Made by a program: the position numbers and the translations under genes. DNA of 64,000 nucleotides from Takakia lepidozioides. Lineage: Eukaryota > Plantae > Bryophyta. This document shows, piece by piece, positions 51,131 to 60,829 of this stretch. Location of the stretch: assembly GCA_030704615.1 (NCBI GenBank), contig CM060734.1:13950001-14014000 (forward strand), in the 5' to 3' direction. Within the stretch, counting starts at the first letter, position 1, and each line of letters starts with the position of its first letter. The notes beneath the pieces were generated by a model, which saw only the letters and a program-made list of their open reading frames with translations, did no database searches and had not been told where the DNA came from.

Positions 51131-51374
51131 TTGCACATGTCGCTGGGAATTGGCATGAGCGGAAGACGAAATATCATGAGCACAACTGTCAAAAGTGCAA
51201 TTTTCCCTTCAAGGGGCCGAATAATATATTTGTTTTTTCTGACACATTGCATTAAATTATTGTTTTTTATTGTTTTTTATTTTCGAAATTTGTACTTCTG
51301 CTCATGAAAACCGATTGTGTTACTACTCTGCTCATGCCGCTCATGCCGCTCATGCTCATGAAATAGCAAACCTC

Positions 51375-51830
51375 AAATGAAGGAGAGAAGCCCAAACAGG
51401 TGACGTTCCTGTGGGTGTTGAATGCAGTGCGACCTGGCAGACCTGGTAAGAGGCGAAGAGGTCCATGGTGACAGTATCAAATCTGGTATTGCACCAGATA
51501 TCATTATGGAGACTGCCATTGTTGACAGGTATGCCAAACGGGAGCATGAAGGGTGCACAACAAGTGTGTGACAAAATGTCTCACAGAAAAGTGGGGTCAT
51601 GGAGAGTAATGATTGCAGGTTATGCCCAGCATGGCTCTGAAGCACAGACCCTGCAACTGTTTGAACAAATGGAGCAGGAAGGTATGCCACCCAATCTGCT
51701 CTCATGGAGTGCAATGATTCAGGATATGCCCAGCATGGTTGTGAATTCAGGCTCAGGAGATGGATGGGCAGTTGATGTTGGAGGCTATGAAGCCTACCCA
51801 TGTCACGATCACTTCTACTTGCAAGGCATA
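51375..51830 (+). pseudogene. Degenerate PLS-class PPR gene fragment
   Basis: KPKQVTFLWVLNA / GEEVHGDSIKSG..TAIVDRYAK / AQQVCDKMSHRKVGSWRVMIAGYAQHG..LQLFEQMEQEG. Confidence 0.8.
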
Positions 51831-52427
51831 CACCAGCCCTGAATCTCTTAAAGAGGGCAGGCTGGTTGAAAGGGAAGAAGGAAGGCATGGTAACCAGAGG
51901 GTTGCCCATGACTTGCCACCAACAATGCAAATGAAATTGCAGCCTGCTGTTGAGGACAACCTGCATGCAGGAAATGAGGCAGTACGAAAGGTGCGAGTGT
52001 CGATGGGAGCACAAGTGGTAGCTGAGATTCAAAACAAGGAGCCAGGGAGCAACAACAAAATTGGGAAACGCTGGTTTGTGTGGGAAGGAGATCAGGACCT
52101 GCCTGGCATGAACTACAAGAAGAGGAAGAAGGCATTGTCACAAATTGGATTGCTCTGGCCGGCGAACAAATGGACAGCCGGGACGCTGTCACTTAAACAA
52201 GAGAGGCTGGACGACGATGCAAGCTCAGGGATGGAGCACGAAACTGTGGCCAGGGAAGAAGGCCATAAAATTGGCATGATGAGTTGCATGGAAACCAGGT
52301 GGTGGTTGTTAGAGGACTGTCTGGGACTTAGACACTTATACGGGATCTGTAGGGTACCCTTAATTTTTGCACAGACTGAGACCAACAGGAGCCTTAGGGG
52401 TGACAGCAGCGCACTGTAGAGGGGGGT

Positions 52428-52680
52428 TACACAGCCTGTCACAGCCAACACAGCTCGTCACAATCGTCACAGCCGACACAGCCAACACAGCCCGTCACAG
52501 CCGTCATAGTCGTCACAGCCGACACAGCCAGACACAGTCAGCACAGCTCATCACAGCCAACACAGCCCGTCACAGCCGACACAGCCACACAGCCAGTCAC
52601 AGCCCGACACAGCCAAACACAGTCGCACAGCCAATCACAGCCCGTCACAGTTTCACACAGCCAGTCACAGCTTGACACAG
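52428..52680 (+). repeat. CACAGCC-based degenerate minisatellite
   Basis: Many (GT/AA/GA)CACAGCC units. Confidence 0.85.
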
Positions 52681-52681
52681 C

Positions 52682-53333
52682 TGTCATGATCATAGGGAAC
52701 GGAGAGCAGGACGGGGAACGACTGTGGGGAACAACACCTGCAAATGGAACATGTTAGTTCACGGACGACGGTTAGTGAGGGAAACGGTTAGAGCCACGGG
52801 TAGGAAGATAAAGGGAGAAGCAGGACTGAGTAGGGGGCTTTTTGGGGGGATGATTCTTGGAAGCATGTCAGGAGAGAGAGAGGATCGGGCGGAGAGTAAG
52901 AACGGAAGCAAAGATGGAGAGCACGGTGAAGGAGGAGAGATGATTAGTAGATGCTTGTTATATGCAAAACTGTAGTGATATTGTAGAGCAGATTAGAGAC
53001 ACAATGGCTTCGGCCTGATACCTGATAATCATAATCTGATACTTATACGATACAACCACACTGTGTAGAGAGATCTTAGTGAAGCTGTGGAATGAATGGA
53101 TGGGTTGATGGAATCCGATAAATTGATGAAGCAAACTGATACTTAATTATCAATGGTAAGGTAGCTAACATGAATGCCAAAAGGGAAAAAGAGGAAACAC
53201 CCCCATGATACACTAGCTGTAGGTCATGACTGATTGTTCTGCGCGGGCTGAGTACTTAGAGATTTCCAACTCTTCTATCTTGGAGTTTCCGCCTCGGATA
53301 GCGAAGGGATGGGTGAGTAAAAGCCGCGTGACA
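52682..53333 (+). repeat. 5' LTR (652 bp) of a Gypsy-type element, followed by a PBS
   Basis: TGTCATG...CGTGACA termini; PBS-like TGGCGACCATACTGGGGA at 53336. The internal region is interrupted by element B. Confidence 0.75.
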
Positions 53334-54301
53334 TTTGGCGACCATACTGGGGAACTGAGTAATGAACAACCAGATGTGACAGGCATCTGGTGGGATCATG
53401 GTGGGGACCATTAAAGAATTTGAAGCGAATCAAATTCCCTGTGGAACGAAGGAAGAAAGATTGTCCAAACAATTCTTTCAAAGGTTCTTGGAATTGCCAG
53501 ACGGTTGTAAAGAAATATTCTTAAGCGAGTGCATGATGTGATCCGGAATGGGGTCTGGAGAAAGGAGTGATAAAGATTTATCAGAGGTTTACTATTTCAT
53601 GAGCAGAAACCATGAGCCATGAGCCATGAGCCATGAGCCGCATGAGCCGCATGAGCGGTGAGCCGAAGTCTAAGATACGCGGATTTCATGAGCGGACTCC
53701 TCCAAATTTGGAAATGCGGCAGATTAAACAAGTATTAAAATAATAGTTTTTTTATTTGACCTTGCCGTTTTTGGACGTTCCAGATCATGTAATGCGGCGA
53801 AGATATGTCGTCAGTAACAAGTCCGCTCATGGTTTTTTAGATCCGCTCATGGAAATAAGTGACCGTGCAACGGGAAATCCAGTATACCACTGCAAAAGGA
53901 CGTCGCATACTGGCCTGTATAGAGTATTCCGCGGTTTTACATGCCTTAACATTGGAATGAAGCTGACCCTTTTGCCGCGATTGAACCAATGGAGTCTGCA
54001 CCAATACAGTCTGCAGTACTTCACAATTCTGTCTTCTTCGGGTATTCGGCGGGAAAGGTTTGTAACTGAACTGGGAAATAGGGTGCCGCATTAGGGTTCG
54101 CACGTGCGAAATTTCGGAGCGGTTTGGTGTTGGCGAAGGCCGCCTCTGGGGGTACCTACGACGATACTTGGAAATGCGGCGCCGCATTTCCTTGTCGGAG
54201 GTCGAATGAGGAAAGCAAGTTTTCGGAAAGCAGAAAAACATGAACCCTCCAACATACAAAAATACATGCACGTGGAAACAAGTGAACGATATAGTAATAT
54301 C

Positions 54302-57300
54302 TTAGTTCGAGCAAAACAGGTTACTGGTAGGCAAGACATATGTCGGACCTTTCTGTGGCCAGAGTCTGAGGTACTGGCAGCAGTACAGTTCTACTATCCG
54401 AAAAGGATGGGCGTACCATTGTATGGGGCCCTCCCCTGGATCCATATTCAGAAGAGTGTGAACCTCCTGGGGGCTCAACCCTGGTGCATGTATGAAGTGA
54501 TGAGTTGTGGAATTACAACGGAGTCTCTTTAGGTACACGTAGTACAAATGCTTGCAAGGGCAGTATGATGCCCCTTGTTCGCCATGATCTGGAAGTCGGT
54601 GCAATTGCAGGTGGGTAATTCTAAAATGGTGATGGTGTACACCTCATTGCGAACAGCTGAGCCCGCCATGGCCATCTGATACACACGCCCGAATCCTGGT
54701 GGGGGCACTTCTGTTGAGCTCTGGATTGTACAGTTCATCCGAAGTGCATTCCCCATCCTTGTCTCGTTCACTTTTGAGGGAGGTCGCCGCCTCTTCGGTT
54801 TCCCCCAACGGTGTGTAGGATGCTTAGAGCTGTCGTGTCCCATTGTTCTTGCTCTCACAGGGGTCGGTGGTGGAGGCTGTGGAAGCGGAAATGGTTGTCT
54901 GGGGACGTCAGTGCGCTGCACCATCCAAAATCCTGCGGCGGTAAGGGCGTCGGCCTCAACCTGACTCAGATCGCAGCCTGGTTCCACCGGCCACACGGGG
55001 GAGCCTCTGGCATTGTTTGTATGCCGTACTTGGGCTTTCCATACACGCAAGTCATAATGTCGTGCCTGCAGAACCAGAACTGGGTGGTTGTCGCCTCCGC
55101 AAACTTTGCATGGACAAATCTTCCTGTAAAAGTAGGAGCAGGGACAGCCCCATCTGGATTCCTCCTTATCATCTCTAAACAACGTTGCCGTGTATCCACA
55201 CGAATTGCGGAACACCTTCCTCGAAACGACGGCTTTGTGCGAGCAATTCTCACTGTGATGCAGACACAGTCGTCTCCACAATGGCTTGGCCATACTGCAT
55301 AACAGCGGGCGGAATCTGGGGCAAGGGAGCGGTGGGAATTTTTTGCACGAAATCCCCGGTTGAAGGCGACGGCGATCTGGAATTTCTTGGGCTTCCACTG
55401 CTGGAAGACACATTGTGCGGCAACATGACGGGACCTCGGTTCTGTCCGAATGTTCCTGTCGGATCTCCAGGAATCCTCTTCGCACCCGGGTTCCTCTTCA
55501 ATCCTCCGCCTGACAGGGCGAGTCCGGACGTCCCCCTCTAGGTGTTCACCTCTGCGGTGCAGAGGCGTCCCTTTGATCTTCTCTCGCAATGCTGTCGCCC
55601 ATTTCACTGGATTCTTGGACCTCGAAGCTGTTCGTACCAACAATTCCTCCCTGTCCGGCCCAAAGCCCCATTGTTTGCCGCTCAGGAACTTGTAGTACGT
55701 GGCTTGCTGCATGATTGCTCTGTCGATGTCCTCCGTTGTGGCCGTCACTACGTCCACCAGATGTGCGGCAGAAGACGCTCGCCAGGAGGAGTGGGCCGAT
55801 TCTGCCATATTCGTGTTCGGCATGTCCGTGTCGGAATCCAAGCACCGCTCCTAGAAGGACAAAACAATGGTGAGGGACCAATCGAAATGTCCGTAACAGA
55901 AAGACAAATGAACGAAATTGACAGCAGCCTACCTCCCGCATATACTGTCCGAACTGTCGATACCGAAAATGCCACCACCCAACCAGCTGTGCAATGCTCC
56001 CAGATTGGTTGTCTCCACTGCACCTGACGTGTTCCACCAAGCCTCGATGATAGCAAACTTAACCTCCGCGTCATCAAATGTGGGTGCATCCTTCCACGCC
56101 GTACAAAGGACACGGTGTTCAGCTGGAATGAGCTAGCAACAAATTGGTAGTGTAGTGGGATAGACTCTGCATCCAATGGAATCCACAGGATCTCTCTTTC
56201 CCCTCCATTGGAACATTGGGGTCCTCACCGTACACACGCCGCACCGCTGCCCAGTTGGCCTGAGCGTTGTCTGCCATGAATCCCTGAAATTGGGCTCTGG
56301 CAATCCCGCCCTTGCCATCTGCTCGTTTATGCCCTCCCACAGATGCATTTCGGACTGTGTGTCCTCCCCTTTCATCTCGCAGATTGCAATCGTCATGAGC
56401 CTCTTGGAGTGATAGTCATAAACATGCGCACCCATAGTCACCCACTGATGGTTTGTAATTCGCTTGATGTGATCAAACATCACCCAAGCATTCGACAAGT
56501 TTCCAGTTGTCATGCCGAGTGACCAAGTCGACTCCACTCCCAGGCCCACACGTCGACATTTTGAAAATGTAACAACGATCGGATTCGCTGCCTTGCCCTG
56601 GAAACCTGCTACCTTGGATGTAGTCATATCCAGTCATTCGTTTCACCTCCAGGATTGAGTACATGTCCGACCCCCTGCCGAACTCCTGCTTGCAAGATAC
56701 GATGTGATTCCGCACATTCGGACTACAAACGTGCGAGACGGACTCCAAGAGGTCACGCATCTCGTCTTCGGTCAAGGGCTCTCGGTCGGAACCATCTTCA
56801 GACATGATTTTGCCAAGAGCAATCTTGTGGGCTGCCTTCAGCTGAATCTGCTTTGGTCTGGCTCCGGGGCTCAATTTCACCTCCTCTTTTATGATGTCGT
56901 GTGCTTCCTGCACAGCCTCACGCATGTTGCCTCTCGCCAAGGGGTGGCAGTGGACCCCAACGTGTATGCAAGCTCTAGTCAAGTCCGGGAGCAAATGGAT
57001 TACGTAATATTTGGCTCTGCACATGGACATGCACGTCGGTGGTTCTTGCAATGTGCACACTTGAAAGAACCCGCAGGAGCTTGGCTGGAGACAATGAATG
57101 GATGATGCGTTGTGCCAGTCCAATCCGTCTCGTTTCTCCGCCCTCCTTTGGAGAGAAAGTGGAAGCAGGTGGGATTGAGGCACCTCAGCTTCCCCGCACA
57201 GAGGACATATCGTACACGAACACCATCAGCAATTTTTGTGCTACTGGTCTTCGTCACACACCAGGGGTGGTCATGCTTTCGATCCATGTGTTAACATCCC

Positions 57301-58010
57301 GGAGGCTTTCTTTGACGAAGAAACAGGTGGAAACTCGAAGATGACATTGCCATCGACTTCGGGAGGCAGAAAAGTTACCTTTTTGACTGGGAATTTGGCA
57401 TAGTCGAGAGCAGCCAGCTCGGAGCGAGAACCATCGAGGTGATGTTTGTAGGAGCTGCACAATGGACCGGGTTGGAGTTATGCTCGAGGGCACATTCGTA
57501 GCACCGACAGAGACGTCCATGCCGGATTTGAACGACCGTGTGGAGGACATGGGTACCTCAATGCAATCATCTTCCTCGTCGGAAATGTCGAATACGTCCA
57601 CACGAGAAGCTATGGAGGGTCTTGACGGTCCAGGTCGGGAATGATTATCGTTGCATACCTCTCTGTTGGCAGTGGCCGCCTCTCGGTTTCCGGACTCCTT
57701 TGTGGATGGTGTGGGCAGCGACTGATTCGGAAAGGGAATGGGCATTCCCACAGCTCGGTACAGGATGGTGTCTGACGGGGGAACGTGCCATTCGATTCCG
57801 CAACCTCCGTCGTTACCTAGCACGACAATGGTCTCGTCAACCTGTCCAGGAACATCCTTCCTTTCTTCTTCCAAATAAACTGTGCCCGGTTTGAGCTTGA
57901 ATTTGGAACAAAGGTAAGTTTCAGTCACTGCAAAGTCCTCCCTCGTTTGGGATCCAGGCTCTCCCAAGTTGCGGAGGACAGCAAACTATAGCGTAGGAAT
58001 TCGGAGCCAT
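54302..58010 (-). CDS. MULE transposase of element B (frameshifted as assembled)
   Basis: MAPNSYAIVCCPP; HPWCVTKTS; VMFDHIKR; FMADNAQANW; CGFHW; TNMAESAH; SWIM CNCTDF..CKHLYY. Confidence 0.88.
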
Positions 58011-58429
58011 CGAACACCGCACGGAGTTGGCAAGTGCGAGGTTCAGTATAGCGACAGACCAAGGCTCACAGGCACCATCTAAGTGGATCTGCGGAGTCCA
58101 TCGACGATTGGAAGTCGCACATTGAAGTGGAAAGTATTGTTTCAAGCTACATGCATGAAGGTGGGAGGTTTGATTCCATAGCCAGTAAGTATGACAATGA
58201 TGGCCGATTCGGCGACGAAATAACATCTCCTGACAGTTTCTCCTGAGGGTGGATCCAGCAGTATTCTCGGTGCAGACAGGAACGTTCGCACTGACAAGTG
58301 CCAGGACTGTTGGTTAAAACGGTCAGACAACCAAGTTGTGCTCATCAAGACTGGCCGCAATGTTGTTTCGGAACAATGCAACCCATTCAGGTTCCAGATT
58401 TCCGTCCCGAGTGATTCTTTCGATTGCTG

Positions 58430-60020
58430 GTGGACGGAAAAACGGCGCCGCATTTCCGTTTTGCTTCTTGGTCATGCACCAGAGCGACGGAAATGCGGCA
58501 CGAGTTTCCGTCCGGAGGAAACCTTTATACTCTCCAGAACGGAAATGCGGTAACGCATTTCCATCCAGCAAGCACGGTATGTGAAGGTGGAACGGAAATG
58601 CGGTACCGCATTTCCGTTCTGATTGAGATTATGAACAACGGGAACAGAAATGCGGCACGCATTTCCGTCCGAGTCGCACTTTTCCGACATTCCAGAACGG
58701 AAATGCGGCGCCGCATTTCCATTTTGTATCTGATGCATGGAGCTGAGGGATAGAAATGCTGCAGCACATTTCCGTCCTTAAAAGACATTCATACTCTCCA
58801 TAACGGAAATGCGGTACCGCATTTCCAACCACCAAGCACGAACGGAATGCGGTACCGCATTTCCGTTCTGATTGAGAATTATGAACAACGGGAACAGAAA
58901 TGCGGCACCGCATTTCTGTCCGAGTCGCACTTTCCGACATTCCAGAACGGAAATGCGGCGCCGCATTTCCATTTTGTAATGCATGGAGCCGAGTGCGATT
59001 CCGACAGCTTCATACAGCGCAATTCCGACCGCTTGAGACATTCATACTATCCAGAACGGAAATGCGGTACCGCATTTCCGTTTGACTGAAATCGTGAACC
59101 ATCTGAACTGAAATGCGGCAGCGTATTTCCATCCGAGTCGCACCCCCAACATTCCAGAACGGAAATGCGGTACCGCATTTCCGTTCTGACTGAAAATCGT
59201 GAACCATCGGAACTGAAATGCGTAGCGCATTTCCATCCGAGTCGCACCCCAACATTCCAGAACGGAAATGCGGCACCGCATTTCCGTTCTGATGAAATAT
59301 CCTGAAACATCGGAACTGAAATGCGGTACCGCATTTCCGTCGGAGTCGCACCTTCCGACATTCCAAACAGAAATGCGGCGCCGCATTTCCGTTTTGTATG
59401 TGAGGCATGGAGCTGTGGAACGAAAATGCGGCACAACATTTCCGCCAGCGTCAGACGTTAATACTCTACAGAACGGAAATGCGGTACCGCATTTCCGTTC
59501 TGACTGAAAATCGTGCGCAACGGGAACAGAAATGCGGCACCGCATTTCCGTCGAGTCGCACCTTCCGACATTTTAGAACGGAAATGCGGCGCCGCATTTC
59601 CGTTTTCTATATGGGGCCTGGAGCTGTGCTACGGAAATGTGTTGCCGCATTTCCATCCATGTGAGACCTTCAAACTTTCGAGACCGGAAATGTGACACCG
59701 CATTTCTGTCCAGGTGAGACCTCTATACTTTCCCGAACGGAAATGTGGCACGGCATTTCCATTCATCAACTAACGTATGTGAAGGGGGAACGGAAATGCG
59801 GTACCGCATTTCCGTTCACATTGAAAATCATGAACCACGGGAACTGAAATGTTGTGCCTCATTCCCGTCCGAATCGCACCTTTCGACATTCCAGAACGGA
59901 AATGCGGCGCCGCATTCCCTTTTGAATCTAATACATGGAGCGTGGGACGAAAATGCGGCACCGTATTCCGTCAATACTAAGGTATGTGAAGGTGGAACGG
60001 AAATGCGGTGCCGCATTTTC
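58430..60020. repeat. Element B intergenic palindrome array (GGAAATGCGGYRCCGCATTTCC), ~52-53-bp period
   Basis: About 30 copies, e.g. 58541, 58594, 58647, 58699 ... 59633, 59686, 59739, 59792. Confidence 0.93.
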
Positions 60021-60700
60021 TTCCAACAAGTACGGATGTGTAGCTTGCATAATTGCCCTTGTCAAGTCGTTCCTGGTGATTGTATAGAGGTCGACCTTCG
60101 ATACACCGCTCCCGGCCTGCCAGCTCGCATGCACGGCCTCGGACATATTCACATTTGGCATTGCAGCGTTCTCTTCTATCCAGATCCTGCAGTACATATG
60201 TACAAGTCAGCATTGAAGCATAGTCGGTGCAGACTATTAAACAACACAGTTAGTGGAGGACCAATTTTAGGACATAACCCCATAGTCGTTGCCGACTTCC
60301 GACATCCGACAACATTCCGCCGGTACGCTAAGTCGGTGCAGACTATAGGCACCATAGACAGTGTGGACCATTTACATAATACAGACTATACGATAACGTC
60401 ATAATCAGCAGGCTTTGTACTAAAACAAAGACGAACGCATATTATCTAACAGCAGACGGTAGGAACGTAGTCGGAACAGACTTTAACGACACGTTCAGTA
60501 AATAGTGTACTGCGTGTACGTTCCGTAGATAGTCGTTGCCGACATATGAGCAGTCTCATAAAAAGACACCCTGTTTCAGTAACGACCCTGAAACATTGAA
60601 AACCAAGCCATAGTCGCTACAAACTATTAGTATAGGCCAAATGCATGAACCGCTTACGTTCCATAGACCGACTATACCCCTTATTCGTTATCCTCACATG
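60020..60700 (-). mobile_element. Foreign MULE-derived piece inside element B (transposase Glu region plus a different palindrome)
   Basis: MPNVNMSEAVHASWQAGSG..VDLYTITRNDLTRAIMQ at 60030-60170; ATAGTCGGTGCAGACTAT-type repeats at 60220-60630. Confidence 0.7.
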
Positions 60701-60829
60701 TGACCAGGAGTTCTCACTGCTGGGTTGCTGAGTGGCCTGCTGCTCGGAGATGGCAATCTCCTATGTAGACGCATCTGCTTCCTCCCCTTCGGCATTGGCC
60801 AGAAGTATAATTCGGAGCTGCGACGTGGG

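Larger units (their letters stand above)
38951..51374 (+). mobile_element. Element A: complete ~12.4-kb MULE carrying a transposase and a divergent ParB-methyltransferase-like cargo gene
   Basis: Ends GGGGGCTGCTATTTCATGAGC.. / ..GCTCATGAAATAGCAAACCTC. TSD AAATGAAG(G) at 38943-38950/1 and 51375-51382/3. Removing the element rejoins a PPR-like reading (..LQML/NEGEKPKQVTF..). Confidence 0.93.
36621..52420 (+). mobile_element. Non-autonomous Gypsy-like retroelement internal region (PBS + gag-like ORF, PPR fragments); host of element A
   Basis: PBS TGGTATCAGAGC at 36621; gag-like PFYGKKDEDVCSWI..LKARADTW..WHDFQ..KF at ~36700; no pol. A matching LTR pair was not found. Confidence 0.55.

Noticed and set aside
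38951-51374. Bacterial contamination or prophage as the source of the ParB-MTase
   Set aside because: The gene has conserved spliceosomal introns and lies inside a TSD-flanked eukaryotic transposon inserted in a PPR fragment.
38951-51374. Classification as Sola, hAT or Zisupton (GAG/GGG ends, 8-bp TSD, SWIM)
   Set aside because: The core motifs D..D, CxxH and TxNxxES fit the Mutator superfamily. The TSD is not 4 bp and there is no hAT dimerisation domain. Phylogeny is still needed to confirm.
58430-60020. CRISPR array (palindromic repeats with ~30-bp spacers)
   Set aside because: Linkers recur in a few related classes (higher-order tandem repeat), the repeats are degenerate, there are no cas genes, and the context is a eukaryotic transposon.
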